Shown piece by piece: positions 44,145-55,251 of a DNA stretch of 64,000 nt. The notes under the pieces were generated by a model that was given only the letters and a program-made list of their open reading frames with translations, did not search any database and had not been told where the DNA came from. A program made the position numbers and the translations under genes. The stretch lies in sequence record OZ346219.1, one strand, 5' to 3'. This DNA comes from a phage. Position 1 is the first letter of the stretch. Each line of letters begins with the position of its first letter.

Positions 44145-44155
44145 GGTGATTAATT

Positions 44156-45955
44156 ATGCTAATGTTTAATAACTCCGTTAAATGGTTTACCGGAATTGTA
44201 GAAAACAGGGAAGACCCGTTAATGCTGGGGCGTGTTCAGGTTAGGATTCATGGTATACATCCCTCGCTATCCGCGCACGGTGACATTCAAGGTCTTCCAA
44301 CAGAAGATCTATTATGGATTACGCCAATACAAGATATTACAAGCGCGGCGATCTCCGGTATAGGTCAAAGCCCTACTGGTATTGTTGAAGGTTCAATGGT
44401 ATTTGGTTTGGCTTTAGATGAACGTTATTTAAACTGCGTTATTCTGGGTACTATTGCCGGACAATATACAGAGAAACCACTCACTACAGAAGGTTTTTGC
44501 GACCCTTCTGGTGCATATCCTCGTTATATTGGTAATGATGTTAATATTCTTGCTCGTGGCGGTATTAACCCAGAAACCGGACAAACAACAAAACCTGATA
44601 GTGTCTATATTCGAGATGAAAACACTGGAGTTGCAGTAAATCCAGACGACGAGCCATTAGACCAAATTCCGGTTGATGATAATCCTGATTTTACAATAGA
44701 AAAAATGCTGCGGGGCGATGAGGGATATCGCGAGAAATGGTATCTTGATTCAGAAGGATATCCGACAATAGGCATCGGGCATTTGATCATTTATAAGAAA
44801 ACCAGTGATCTTGGTATTATCAATAATGAACTTTCTAAGCTGGTAGGGCGTGAAGTTACAAACGGAAGACTTACCGCCGAAGAAGTTAGTAAAGTATTTG
44901 CTGACGATATAGAAAAGACTCGTCGTGATATGCGCAAACATCCACGAATTGCACCTGTCTATAATAAATGTAATGCCTCACGTCGTATGGCATTAGAAAA
45001 TATGGCGTTTCAAATGGGTGTTGGAGGATTGGGTAAATTTAAGAATAGTCTTGCTGCGATGTTAGCGGAAGAATGGAAACAAGCCTATGATGGATTACGT
45101 CAATCGGTATGGGCTAACCAAACTCCAGGACGCTCCAGCCGTGTTTCTAAAATTATTTTAACTGGTAACTTAGAATCATATGGCGTAATTGCTCCAAAGA
45201 AAGAGGAATCAATTTCGGATGATCCGCGAGCACGTTTGAGAAATGCCCGTATTGCTGCCTATAAGACGCAGAGAGCAGAAGAAGACCCAGAAGCACCGTT
45301 TACCCCACAAGACACACGAATCATGTTTAAAGAGCCTAAGAGTTCGTATTCTGCGAGGTATCCTTATAACCATGTGTACGAGTCAGAGAGCGGTCATATT
45401 ATCGAGATTGATGATACTCCTTCTCATGAGCGATATCATCGCAAACATCCTTCTGGTACATTTGAAGAAACCAGACCGGACGGAACGAGGGTAGAAAAGA
45501 TTGAAGGCGATGATTATCTGATCGTTAAACAAGGCCGGAAAGTAAACGTTAAGGGTAATTTGCAAGTTGTTGTTGAAGGTGACGCGCAAGTTTATTATAT
45601 GGGTAATGTGATGCAAACCGTTGATGGTAACGTCACGGAATTTATTCGTGGTAATGTTAATCAGACCGTTGAGGGTACAGCTAATATGCATGTTGTAGGT
45701 GATGTTACCGCTCAACTTGACGCTAATTTAACGGCTAATGTCAAGGGTAATGCTGAATTAATGATCGAGGGCAACACTACCGAAACAATTAAAGGTAACT
45801 ATGATTTAACCGTTGAGGGTAATTTTAATATGACCGTCAATGGCACTAAATCAGATCAGGTTAATGGTGACTGGTCCCGTAATTGTGGTGCAAGCGTTAA
45901 AGATATTGCATCTGGTACAGTTAAAATTGATGGTAGCCGTATTGATCTTGGGTGA
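44156..45955 (+). CDS. 5: Baseplate hub / tail lysozyme gp5
   Basis: N-terminal OB-fold region VGIVENREDPLMLGRVQVRIHGIH, lysozyme domain LRGDEGYREKWYLDSEGYPTIGIGHL, C-terminal VxGxxxxxV beta-helix repeats. Confidence 0.9.
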   Translation: MLMFNNSVKWFTGIVENREDPLMLGRVQVRIHGIHPSLSAHGDIQGLPTEDLLWITPIQDITSAAISGIGQSPTGIVEGSMVFGLALDERYLNCVILGTIAGQYTEKPLTTEGFCDPSGAYPRYIGNDVNILARGGINPETGQTTKPDSVYIRDENTGVAVNPDDEPLDQIPVDDNPDFTIEKMLRGDEGYREKWYLDSEGYPTIGIGHLIIYKKTSDLGIINNELSKLVGREVTNGRLTAEEVSKVFADDIEKTRRDMRKHPRIAPVYNKCNASRRMALENMAFQMGVGGLGKFKNSLAAMLAEEWKQAYDGLRQSVWANQTPGRSSRVSKIILTGNLESYGVIAPKKEESISDDPRARLRNARIAAYKTQRAEEDPEAPFTPQDTRIMFKEPKSSYSARYPYNHVYESESGHIIEIDDTPSHERYHRKHPSGTFEETRPDGTRVEKIEGDDYLIVKQGRKVNVKGNLQVVVEGDAQVYYMGNVMQTVDGNVTEFIRGNVNQTVEGTANMHVVGDVTAQLDANLTANVKGNAELMIEGNTTETIKGNYDLTVEGNFNMTVNGTKSDQVNGDWSRNCGASVKDIASGTVKIDGSRIDLG

Positions 45956-45963
45956 GGTAACTA

Positions 45964-46530
45964 ATGGTTGAAATTCTTCCGATGAGTTCAAAATTGGAGG
46001 ATATCAGCGAGCGAGAAATCTTTGAGGTGGTGTTCTCTTATAAAGCAACGCCACCGGATGCAAATACCACATACACGATTAAAGAGTTTAAGATCAGCGA
46101 GTATCGCCCTAATAAGGGCGTTACCGTTGAAGAAACTAAAATATCTGGTGAGTATCGGGATAGTTTTTCGCTTGGCGCGGATTCTCTTAAATATATAACG
46201 AAAGATCGAATTAAAAAATCTGCCGGAAGTTTTGATGATTTACCAGATCCAACTACCGCAGATCTATATTATTTTAACGCTCCTACACGTCTACAGGAGG
46301 TTTATACTTATAAAGTCACCCTAACCTATATCCAATCTGTTTCAGAGTCTTCTGGTGGTTCTGGTGAAGGAAATAGTGGTGGTTCCAATAGCCGAGAGGG
46401 TGCTGGTGAAACTAATCCGCCTCCGGTAGTAACCGAACACACAATAGAGAAAGTTTATACTCAAACCGTTTTTGGAAATTGGGATGAGTGGGCGCAGCAA
46501 CTAAGAGATTATGTACATAGGGGTGTTTAA
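45964..46530 (+). CDS. Hypothetical protein (gene 5.1-5.3 position)
   Basis: 188-aa ORF between gp5 and PAAR protein. Confidence 0.45.
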   Translation: MVEILPMSSKLEDISEREIFEVVFSYKATPPDANTTYTIKEFKISEYRPNKGVTVEETKISGEYRDSFSLGADSLKYITKDRIKKSAGSFDDLPDPTTADLYYFNAPTRLQEVYTYKVTLTYIQSVSESSGGSGEGNSGGSNSREGAGETNPPPVVTEHTIEKVYTQTVFGNWDEWAQQLRDYVHRGV

Positions 46531-46823
46531 TGGCTGGATTATCCTACGATAAAGCTAAAACTACAGGGCACGGAAACTACCCACCTACGGTAATTAATGC
46601 AACTCAATCTAAGGTATTTGTTGAGGGTATCCCTGTATTAGTCGAAGGAGACCCAATTACACCACATACAAAAACAACAAAGCCTTATGATACACACGGG
46701 GGAACTACGGTCGCCAGTACCCCGAAAGTATTTGTTACCGGAAAGAAAGCAATTCAAATGGCAGATCGTATTAGCTGTGGCGATACCGTCGCTATGGCAT
46801 CACCGAAGGTATTCATAAAATGA
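46530..46823 (+). CDS. 5.4: PAAR-repeat tail spike tip protein gp5.4
   Basis: 97 aa, position after gene 5, PAAR-like sequence. Confidence 0.7.
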   Translation: MAGLSYDKAKTTGHGNYPPTVINATQSKVFVEGIPVLVEGDPITPHTKTTKPYDTHGGTTVASTPKVFVTGKKAIQMADRISCGDTVAMASPKVFIK

Positions 46824-48724
46824 CAAAGCAAAAGATTACACAAATTCCTGATATTTTTAATGCTGCTACATTCGATGAAATTAAAAGCGCATTAACAGAC
46901 TGGATGAGAAACCAGGAAGAATTTAAAGATTTTGATTTTAATGGTGCTGGTATTAACGTATTGATGGACTTGCTCGCATATAACACTCTGTATATTCAGC
47001 AATTCGCTAACGCCGCGCTATATGAATCTTTTATCAGAACGGCAATTAAGCGTAGTTCAGTTGTTCAAGCCGCGCAAGATTTAGGATATTTGCCAGCAAG
47101 TAAAACTAGTGCATCGACTACAATTATGTTGCACGTAACACATCCGCGAAATCCGGCAAGTATTCGAATCCCACGAGGAACTAAATTTATTGCAAGTGTG
47201 GATCGCCAGACTTCTTACCCGTTTGTGACTACAGAAGACGTTGTGAGCGTTTTAGGTTCAAATGGTTTATATACGCCTATGCTTAAAGTCGCACAAGGTC
47301 GTATTGTTCGTACAGAAATGTTATTTGATCCGAAGAAACAAATTCTGATCCGCGATCCTGATATTGACCGCGCTCAGGTTAAGTTGTGGGTAGATGGTGC
47401 TGAATGGAAAGACTGGACGCGAGAAAGTATTGTTAATGCAACTGGCGCTAGTAATATTTTCTATATGCGTGAAACCGTAGACGGACATACTGAAATTTTC
47501 TTTGGTGAGGGTGAATCAACTTTATCTGCCGCTGGCGGTGCACTGGAAGCAAATTATATTGGTGGACTTAAGCCGTCAACTGGTGCTAATATTGTTATCG
47601 AATATATCAGCACTAAAGGCGCGGAAGCAAACGGTTCAGTTAATTTCACATACGCGGATACATTGGCATCAATTTCTATTGTTAAAATTATTGAGAATCC
47701 GACAAATGATCGTGATTATGTCGGTGCAGATGGTGGTGGTGATCCTGAATCAATCGAACGTATCCGTGAACTTGCTCCGGTAATGCGTGAATCTCAGCGT
47801 CGTTGTGTGACTGCTTCCGACTATGAGGCTTTTGTGTCTAGCCGTTTTGGTAGTATTGTTCAGGCGGTACAATGTTTCACCGACCGAGAAAAACCGGGTT
47901 ATGCTTTTGTTGCTGTTAAGCCTAAATCTGGCTTGCGCTTGACAACCGTTCAAAAAGAAGATATGCGGGATTATCTGGCAAAATATAACCTTGCCCCTAT
48001 CACGCCGAGCATCATTGACCCTAACTATCTGTATATTAAACAGAATATTAAAGTTTCCTATTCAATCAACGACTTGTCAGAATCAGAGCAGTGGTTGCGC
48101 GGTGCGGTTATTGATCAGATTGATGCATATTATACCGACGAAGTGGAAATTTTTAACCAGACCTTTAGTAAGTCTAAAATGCTTGCGCGTATTGACAAAG
48201 CTGATGTATCTGTGATAGGTTCTAGTGCAGAAATCGAGATGGTGCGAGAGATCGACAACTTCTATAAAGCACCGATGGCTGGAATCAAGTTTTTAAACCA
48301 GTATAAGAGCGGAATCAAGTCTAGTTCATTCAACTTCGAAAAGGACGACAAGCAATATCCAATCCATTATGTAAGTACAGAAATGAACAAAGAATCCGGT
48401 TTAGCTAAATTGCTGGTTGGACCTTTCCCTGTTGATTCTACAATCGCTTTACCGCACTATTCCGGCACTGATTTTGATAAAGAGGTTATTGACGGGGCGG
48501 ACCTATACTTTGAGGTTGGAGAGGTTCAGCATTATGACGACCTTATTTCATGGGATCTGGGTAAACTGAATATCAATAGCGATCGCTTTACTGGTTCATA
48601 TATTGAGTTGACAGCTAAACCGATTGCTGATAACATCTTTACTAAAGACGGTTCTTTGATCGTGTTTGAAAACGATCTCCGTCCTCAGTACACAACTATT
48701 AGTCTGGAGGCAATTGCTCAATGA
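46820..48724 (+). CDS. 6: Baseplate wedge protein gp6
   Basis: [24 protein letters not shown]... and [20 protein letters not shown] match T4 gp6. Confidence 0.9.
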   Translation: MTKQKITQIPDIFNAATFDEIKSALTDWMRNQEEFKDFDFNGAGINVLMDLLAYNTLYIQQFANAALYESFIRTAIKRSSVVQAAQDLGYLPASKTSASTTIMLHVTHPRNPASIRIPRGTKFIASVDRQTSYPFVTTEDVVSVLGSNGLYTPMLKVAQGRIVRTEMLFDPKKQILIRDPDIDRAQVKLWVDGAEWKDWTRESIVNATGASNIFYMRETVDGHTEIFFGEGESTLSAAGGALEANYIGGLKPSTGANIVIEYISTKGAEANGSVNFTYADTLASISIVKIIENPTNDRDYVGADGGGDPESIERIRELAPVMRESQRRCVTASDYEAFVSSRFGSIVQAVQCFTDREKPGYAFVAVKPKSGLRLTTVQKEDMRDYLAKYNLAPITPSIIDPNYLYIKQNIKVSYSINDLSESEQWLRGAVIDQIDAYYTDEVEIFNQTFSKSKMLARIDKADVSVIGSSAEIEMVREIDNFYKAPMAGIKFLNQYKSGIKSSSFNFEKDDKQYPIHYVSTEMNKESGLAKLLVGPFPVDSTIALPHYSGTDFDKEVIDGADLYFEVGEVQHYDDLISWDLGKLNINSDRFTGSYIELTAKPIADNIFTKDGSLIVFENDLRPQYTTISLEAIAQ

Positions 48725-51700
48725 TTAAAGCGCCTAGTGTAACTAGCTTGACAATAGAAAAATTGTCTGCTAATCAGGCGTATATCACATGGGATGACGT
48801 AGGCGAAAACTTCTTTTATTTTGTGGAGTTAGCCGAAACCAGAACACGAGACGGGGAGATCATCCCCGTCGATGAGTTAAGCTGGGTAAACCTGGGATAT
48901 ACTGCCGAACAAAACTGGTTTGAGGATAAAAACCTTTTTCCAGAATATTATTACAAGTTTCGTGTAGCAGTAGCCGCAGAAGGATTTGAACAAAGTAAAT
49001 GGGTTGAGACAGAAGAGTTTCAGACATTTAAAACAAACGCATATAATTTTTCTATGATGCGAGAGTTCAACCTTGCAAACGAGTTTATAAAGGAAAAATT
49101 TACATACGATAATCGAGAGTATGTCAAGTTTAATACTGACCTGATTCAAGCATCATTGATGAAGGAAGATTTTGTCTTTAGTCCTGAATATGCAAACATG
49201 ACAAATATCTCAAACTACATTGTAGTTGATGAGAACTTTCATGAAATACAGGACCACATAGAAAAAGTTTGTACTGATATAAACCGCACTATGTTAGCGG
49301 AAATGAACGGTGTTTTGTACCTTTTCGAACGGTTCCAGCCGATCGTGAAAGTGTCAAATGATAAAGGCCAATCATGGAAAGCATACAAGGCTTTTAATGA
49401 CCGTGTAGGCAATCCAGTTTCCCGTACATGCGTTTATCAGTCTAAAACCACTACTTACGTTTTAGGATATGATCGAATCTTTTACGGACGACAAGCGAGC
49501 GATACTCGATGGAGAGCGGACGATGTTCGATTTAGTGATGATACGATCACTTTTGCAAAGGTCGGTGACGAAAACGATTTAGGCTTTGACGTTGAGGTCT
49601 TTGGTGTATTTTCCAGATTAACAGGTGATACCACAAAATACGCCGAAGCTATGGCGTGTAGTGATGACTATTTGTGGGTTGGTGCTAAAGATGTTATTCG
49701 CAGGATTCGTCTTAAGAATACTCCTGTTGATACCGTACAGGGTTCGCCTACGTTTGGAGAAAAAATATTCGATCCTGATGTTATCCGAGTAACAGGAAAT
49801 GATAAAGCTGTCATTCAGAAAATGGATGTGATCGACGGTAAATTGCTTGTATTTGTTACGGGTGAAGTTAAACAGCGTTATCAAGATCCAACTAAACCAG
49901 AAAACGTTGTTCCGTCAGATGATGCTGGTGTATACTTAATAGGGAGTGATGGTCTGTCTTTTCAGAGAGTATTTGGCAACACTCCGCAGGAAAGGGAATA
50001 TATTCAGCATGGGTTCAGTAATATGTCAACCAATGGTGATGAGGTGTTCATAAGCCATTATAATCATCACTTCGAAAGCATTTTACCTGATCCAGAAACT
50101 GCCGAGAAATATGAATTGGGCGAAGCTGTAAAATATTCTCAGGAGCCAACTTATCTAACTGATAAGAAAATACATCAAACTACTTTCAGAGCAAGTTATG
50201 ATGATTTGCGTATTTGGGAGTTAGGACCGCAAGCGTATTATAACGAGGCTGATTATACATGGATGCGTCGAAACGGTGTCCGTGTGTGGATCACAAATGA
50301 TAATCGCCCGTTGGTTGTTTATCCAGAGGTTATCTATACTCAAGAAGTTGATACGTCTGGCATTCTTGACCAAAATAGGGTCAACCGAGAAGTTTATGAT
50401 AAAGGGACCGTGACCTGTTATCTTAACAATGTTAAATTTGAAGGATTCAAACAATATGCATCCGGTGTAATGTTCCATAAAAACACAGGAGAGATCATAG
50501 GATTCTATCAATTTAATTATCGTGTTCGTGATCAGGTTGGTGTATATTGGAAACCTACAAATGTAGCATTTGTTGCTGAATTGCAAAATCAGGTTCGAGA
50601 GGTTCCCTGGGTTCCGGTTCACTACGATCGAGAGCAAGATCCAGATTTGCGGCCTTTACTGAATAAGATGACGCCGGATAGCTTTTTACTTGAGAACGAA
50701 AATTTCAGAAAATTCTCTGAATATTATCTGCAATTCTTAAGCGATGGTTCAGGAACATATTATAATAAACTAAAAAATCTGATTAAAAACAAATATCCAC
50801 GCGAGAAAGATGCATATGAGTATCTTTGGTCAGAGATGAACAAACGAAACATATATGCAGATAAAAACAAGCGAGATGCGGTAGTAAGATTCTTTGAATC
50901 CCGCAAATCAGATTTTTATTCCACTAAGGGTGTGGAGGCTTCTTATAAGTTCTTGTTTAAGTTACTTTATAATGAAGATGTGGAAATTGAGGTTGAATCA
51001 CAAGCCGGACTAGAGTATGATATTGTTGTTAGTTCAACGAACATTGACGAGGATATCGTAGGTCGCACGATTTATACTCCGACCGGACGGGCTAACGTGA
51101 CTTACCTTGAAAGGGAATATGAAGGTGGTCGCCTACGCTGGCGAGTAACCATTCATAACCTGATCGGGCGGTTCGAAGAAGGTCAAGTGATCAAATCAGA
51201 GAAAACAGCGTTTGAAGGGATGATCCTTGTTGGTGTTCGTGGTAAAGAGTTGTTGAGTAGTTCAATCGACTATATCAACCGCTCACGAAGCCAATACACC
51301 ATGAAGATTAAAAGTGCATTGCCAGTTTCGCGCTATGCAAATGATGTAATGCGATTCGTTCATCCTGTCGGCTTTGGGTTTATCGGTGTTACCCTGCTTA
51401 CAATGTTCATTAACAGCGGGTTAAGCATGAAGCACACCGAGACTATAATTCAATCTCTGAAAAATTATAAGTTTGACAGCGGATTGCCTAGCGTGTATCC
51501 TGATCGGGTGGCAGACCTTGACGTTGACGGAAACATTAAGAAAGACCCGCTTACCGGAAAAGCATTATATTTGACTTCACCTTTAATTGGTGAAGAATTT
51601 CCGGTTCCCCCTGAATATGATCAGGAGAACAGCGAATTGTTCCACGGACTTAAAGCAAGCGAACGAAGATTTGCAATGAGTCCACTGTTTGACCAGTCGG

Positions 51701-51807
51701 CGGTAACATTCTCTATGTTCCGTGAACTTGTGGATAAACGGTTGAAGGATAATATAGGGAATCCACGCGATCCGAAGAATCCGACACAGAGGAAAATTAA
51801 TGGCTAA
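48721..51807 (+). CDS. 7: Baseplate wedge protein gp7
   Basis: 1028-aa ORF in gp6-gp7-gp8 order with overlapping stop/start. Confidence 0.8.
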   Translation: MIKAPSVTSLTIEKLSANQAYITWDDVGENFFYFVELAETRTRDGEIIPVDELSWVNLGYTAEQNWFEDKNLFPEYYYKFRVAVAAEGFEQSKWVETEEFQTFKTNAYNFSMMREFNLANEFIKEKFTYDNREYVKFNTDLIQASLMKEDFVFSPEYANMTNISNYIVVDENFHEIQDHIEKVCTDINRTMLAEMNGVLYLFERFQPIVKVSNDKGQSWKAYKAFNDRVGNPVSRTCVYQSKTTTYVLGYDRIFYGRQASDTRWRADDVRFSDDTITFAKVGDENDLGFDVEVFGVFSRLTGDTTKYAEAMACSDDYLWVGAKDVIRRIRLKNTPVDTVQGSPTFGEKIFDPDVIRVTGNDKAVIQKMDVIDGKLLVFVTGEVKQRYQDPTKPENVVPSDDAGVYLIGSDGLSFQRVFGNTPQEREYIQHGFSNMSTNGDEVFISHYNHHFESILPDPETAEKYELGEAVKYSQEPTYLTDKKIHQTTFRASYDDLRIWELGPQAYYNEADYTWMRRNGVRVWITNDNRPLVVYPEVIYTQEVDTSGILDQNRVNREVYDKGTVTCYLNNVKFEGFKQYASGVMFHKNTGEIIGFYQFNYRVRDQVGVYWKPTNVAFVAELQNQVREVPWVPVHYDREQDPDLRPLLNKMTPDSFLLENENFRKFSEYYLQFLSDGSGTYYNKLKNLIKNKYPREKDAYEYLWSEMNKRNIYADKNKRDAVVRFFESRKSDFYSTKGVEASYKFLFKLLYNEDVEIEVESQAGLEYDIVVSSTNIDEDIVGRTIYTPTGRANVTYLEREYEGGRLRWRVTIHNLIGRFEEGQVIKSEKTAFEGMILVGVRGKELLSSSIDYINRSRSQYTMKIKSALPVSRYANDVMRFVHPVGFGFIGVTLLTMFINSGLSMKHTETIIQSLKNYKFDSGLPSVYPDRVADLDVDGNIKKDPLTGKALYLTSPLIGEEFPVPPEYDQENSELFHGLKASERRFAMSPLFDQSAVTFSMFRELVDKRLKDNIGNPRDPKNPTQRKING

Positions 51808-52795
51808 TGAAAATAGTGTGATCTATCGCTCAATCATTACTAGTAAATTCAGAACGGAAAAACTTCTGAATTTCTATAATTCTGTAGGCGATGGGGCAAA
51901 TCAAATTACAATTTATGGAACGTTTGGACGTTCGGAGCCGTGGTCAGAAAACGAAAAAGAGGTGGGCTTTGCCCCACCTTATCCGACCGATTCAACGGCT
52001 GGTGTTGTTGACATGTGGACCCATATGATGGGGGCGGTTAAGATTAACAAATCACTTCTTGATGCGGTTATCCCTCGTAAAGATTGGGGTGATACCGGAC
52101 AGGATAACCCGCGCACATTCTTTATCAATGACATTGTTGTTGTCAACTCAGCACCATATAACCGAACTGATGTTGGTAGCGGCTGGATGGTGTATCGCGT
52201 AACCGATGTTCCTGATCGCGGTTACTGCTCGATTTCAAGCATTGACGCTAAAGTAGAGTGTTTGAAGTTGGGCGGAAAGTGGACACCAACTCATGAATCA
52301 ATCGCGCCACCAGTCGGGAAAGGCGATTCTATTGATATGGGTGACGGATATCGTTGGGAATATCTGTACACAATTCCACCTGATGCGGCGATCAACCGTT
52401 GCACCAATGAACATATTGTTGTACCGTTCCCCGATGAACTGCGACAAGATCCGGCGCGTTGGGGCTATGACAATGTGATCACCTGGTATAATGACTATAA
52501 TCTGCTTTATCGGCTGAAAGTAGTAACTTTGCGTTTTCAGGCTTATATGGACTCTGCGCAATTCCCAACTACCGCGTTAGTGGGTAATACTGGTTTCCGT
52601 CAGTTAAGCATTATCCTTAACCCATTGGAAAAGAAAGCACGCCCTAGCGATCCAGACGTTAAAGCGGTCAAAGATAAGTACCGACCGCAAGACTTAGAGC
52701 CACACTCAGGCGAAATGATCTACATGGAAAACCGACAACCTATCGTTCGGTCATTAGATCAAACAGAACTTGTTTCTGTATTGTTTGAGTTCTAA
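51800..52795 (+). CDS. 8: Baseplate wedge protein gp8
   Basis: 331-aa ORF following gp7. Confidence 0.75.
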   Translation: MANENSVIYRSIITSKFRTEKLLNFYNSVGDGANQITIYGTFGRSEPWSENEKEVGFAPPYPTDSTAGVVDMWTHMMGAVKINKSLLDAVIPRKDWGDTGQDNPRTFFINDIVVVNSAPYNRTDVGSGWMVYRVTDVPDRGYCSISSIDAKVECLKLGGKWTPTHESIAPPVGKGDSIDMGDGYRWEYLYTIPPDAAINRCTNEHIVVPFPDELRQDPARWGYDNVITWYNDYNLLYRLKVVTLRFQAYMDSAQFPTTALVGNTGFRQLSIILNPLEKKARPSDPDVKAVKDKYRPQDLEPHSGEMIYMENRQPIVRSLDQTELVSVLFEF

Positions 52796-52810
52796 GTGTA
52801 TGATTTAAAA

Positions 52811-52842
52811 GCCAATTCTAGAGAGTTGGCTTTTTCTATTTT
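52811..52842 (+). terminator. Rho-independent terminator after gene 8
   Basis: GCCAATTCTAGAGAGTTGGC hairpin + TTTTTCTATTTT. Confidence 0.6.
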
Positions 52843-52847
52843 GGGTG

Positions 52848-52875
52848 TTGACAATCTTGTCTGATAAGGTATAAT
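52848..52875 (+). promoter_or_regulatory. Sigma70-like promoter (TTGACA-16-TATAAT) inside the late baseplate module
   Basis: Read directly on plus strand upstream of ORF 52905. Confidence 0.6.
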
Positions 52876-52904
52876 GCTCACATCTAAACAACGGAGGATA
52901 AATT

Positions 52905-53162
52905 ATGGCACGTCGTAAATTTACAGATAATTGTGAAGCAATTCAGGTATCCCCTTGCGGTTGGGATGTGATCGCGAACGGTGAAAAGATCGGAGAGATC
53001 ATCGATCATACTCATTCATCACTAGCCGATTACACCGATGAACTATGGGAGGGTATCAACTTCATGAATGACACTAAACGATTCAAGACTATCGACGAAG
53101 CTATCTATTTTGTGTATAATCCAACTTTCGGTATGTGGGGAACTAGAAAATGGCACGCGTAA
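52905..53162 (+). CDS. Hypothetical protein (cassette gene 1)
   Basis: 85-aa ORF with GGAGGA SD. Confidence 0.5.
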   Translation: MARRKFTDNCEAIQVSPCGWDVIANGEKIGEIIDHTHSSLADYTDELWEGINFMNDTKRFKTIDEAIYFVYNPTFGMWGTRKWHA

Positions 53163-53482
53163 ACATTAAACTACACTACACAATGGGTAAAGCTAAGTTC
53201 CCAATGCAAAAGCATTACTATGGTCTACGTGCACAAGATCCAAAACTCTATGGTACTCATTGGTTTTGTAAACATGATAACCAATGGCACACATACGAAG
53301 AAATGCACGAGATGATGAAACAGGGTATTGAATTGAGTTATTCTAATTATGACCATCGTATAACTTGCATTCGAAAATTGAAACGATGGATTCGTAAGAA
53401 TCCGCAATTTAAAAACTTTGTGTTCTTTATGTCTCATGTTTATTTGGGACATAGCGTTACCGTCACAGCAAAGGTTAAATAA
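53150..53482 (+). CDS. Hypothetical protein (cassette gene 2)
   Basis: 110-aa ORF. Confidence 0.5.
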   Translation: MARVNIKLHYTMGKAKFPMQKHYYGLRAQDPKLYGTHWFCKHDNQWHTYEEMHEMMKQGIELSYSNYDHRITCIRKLKRWIRKNPQFKNFVFFMSHVYLGHSVTVTAKVK

Positions 53483-54321
53483 TGGCACGACTTTCTAAAC
53501 AAGAACAAAAATTACACGATCGGGTGATGGAGTTGATTAATTCAGATCGCCCATTGACATATGAAGAAAAAGAATTTTGCTATAATAACTATCATGGCGA
53601 TGGTCTAGGCGGTTCAGGTGCATTCTTTACCCCAGAAGGGCTTGCACGGGATTTTACCATCGATGCACATTGCACAGGAAAAGTATTAGATCTTTGTGCT
53701 GGGATCGGTCGCTTATCTTTTTGTATGTTACATCGTTGTAAGCCAGAAAAGATCGTATGCATCGAACTCAATCCAGAATTTGCGCGGATTGGCAAGCGAC
53801 TATTACCGGAGGCAGAATGGATCACCAGCGATGTATTCGAATTTGAGTCAAACGAAAAATTCGATGTGGTGATCAGCAATCCACCCTTCGGGAAAATCAA
53901 TACAACCGACACAAAGGATGTATTTGAGTACACTGGCGGTGAGTTTGAATTTAAGGTTATGACGCTAGGGCAAAAGTTTGCTGATGTTGGCTATTTTATT
54001 GTTCCTGTGGGTTCCGCTGGTTTTGCTTATTCCGGCAGACCTTATTATGACGGGACCATGAAGTCTAATAAATATCTAAAATGGAGCAAACAAACTGGTT
54101 TGGTGACTTATGCCGGATGTGGGATCGATACATCAATCTATCGCGATGAATGGCACAGTACCAACGTTTTAACAGAAGTGGTTGAGGTTCGGTATTACGA
54201 GAAAGAAGCCGTAGAAGCGCCTAAATCACGCCCTAACGAACAAATAGAAGAAAGTAAGGAGATTACCTTACCGAAACAGGAAAGCGAGTCTGGGACGCTC
54301 TCAGATTTGTTTGACATTTAA
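53482..54321 (+). CDS. SAM-dependent methyltransferase with NPPF catalytic motif (putative N6-adenine DNA methyltransferase)
   Basis: Motif I VLDLCAGIGRL and motif IV VISNPPFG. Confidence 0.6.
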   Translation: MARLSKQEQKLHDRVMELINSDRPLTYEEKEFCYNNYHGDGLGGSGAFFTPEGLARDFTIDAHCTGKVLDLCAGIGRLSFCMLHRCKPEKIVCIELNPEFARIGKRLLPEAEWITSDVFEFESNEKFDVVISNPPFGKINTTDTKDVFEYTGGEFEFKVMTLGQKFADVGYFIVPVGSAGFAYSGRPYYDGTMKSNKYLKWSKQTGLVTYAGCGIDTSIYRDEWHSTNVLTEVVEVRYYEKEAVEAPKSRPNEQIEESKEITLPKQESESGTLSDLFDI

Positions 54322-54327
54322 TTATAA

Positions 54328-54351
54328 GCCGTCCTTGTGGGCGGCTTTTTT
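54328..54351 (+). terminator. Rho-independent terminator after methyltransferase cassette
   Basis: GCCGTCCTTGTGGGCGGC hairpin + TTTTTT. Confidence 0.6.
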
Positions 54352-54361
54352 GTATGTATTT

Positions 54362-54369
54362 TATAAATA
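54362..54369 (+). promoter_or_regulatory. T4-type late promoter TATAAATA upstream of gene 9
   Basis: Exact TATAAATA about 28 nt before gp9 ATG. Confidence 0.6.
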
Positions 54370-54396
54370 ATACATCATAACATGAGGAATTAAACA

Positions 54397-55251
54397 ATGG
54401 CACAAGTTCCAAAGAAAAGAATAGACACAGGTACTGTCGGCAATCCATCGACTGGCGATATCTTATATGATGGTGGTAATAAAATTAACGATAACTTTGA
54501 TTCAATATATGACGCATTTGCTGATCAGCGGTTTAAAGACGTAGACCACGGAGTGGGAAGAATGGTTATTCATGCAACCGGATACTATCAGAAGCATCCA
54601 CGTCAAAGCTACGCGGGTTCCGCTGTTGAGATTGGGAGTCTACACGATATCGATACAACTCAAGGCGCACTTATTGCTATTCTACCTAAAGCAAAGGTCG
54701 GCGAGGGTGTTGTATTCATAAATAGTAACGGTAGCCTTTCAACGACGACACCGCTCAATATTCGAACTCAAGCAGGTGATTCTATTAGCGGTTATTCCGG
54801 TGATGCTACAATAACACAACCATTTTCAAAAGTCACTGTTTGGTGTACTGCCGTTGAAGGTAGTCGCGTAACATGGCGATTGGGTATCGAAAGTATGTTT
54901 ACCGATACAACAACGCCATTAGATAAAACAGTTAACGTAACTGGAGTAGCAACAAACGTTGCTATTGCCGCAAAAACAGAATATGTTTCCATCAAATTAT
55001 TAACTACCGCTAGCAATACATCCGGTTCAAAAATGCGTTCAAGTGAAACGCTACTGATGATTGATTCTAAAGCCGGAAAAGTTTATGCGACGGAATATGC
55101 AGTTTTGCAGAAGACAGAAGATGAACTATACACGGTTCGTTATTTCATCGGTTCCGGCGATAAAGTATATGCAGAGTATAAGGCTACTGGCGAAAATATT
55201 CGTTTAGCAGTTAAAGCCGTAGACACTATTAAAATCGGGGTTGCTACATGA
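54397..55251 (+). CDS. 9: Baseplate wedge / long tail fibre socket protein gp9
   Basis: KKRIDTGTVGNPSTGDILYDGGNKINDNFDSIYDAFADQR and HATGYYQKH match T4 gp9. Confidence 0.85.
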   Translation: MAQVPKKRIDTGTVGNPSTGDILYDGGNKINDNFDSIYDAFADQRFKDVDHGVGRMVIHATGYYQKHPRQSYAGSAVEIGSLHDIDTTQGALIAILPKAKVGEGVVFINSNGSLSTTTPLNIRTQAGDSISGYSGDATITQPFSKVTVWCTAVEGSRVTWRLGIESMFTDTTTPLDKTVNVTGVATNVAIAAKTEYVSIKLLTTASNTSGSKMRSSETLLMIDSKAGKVYATEYAVLQKTEDELYTVRYFIGSGDKVYAEYKATGENIRLAVKAVDTIKIGVAT

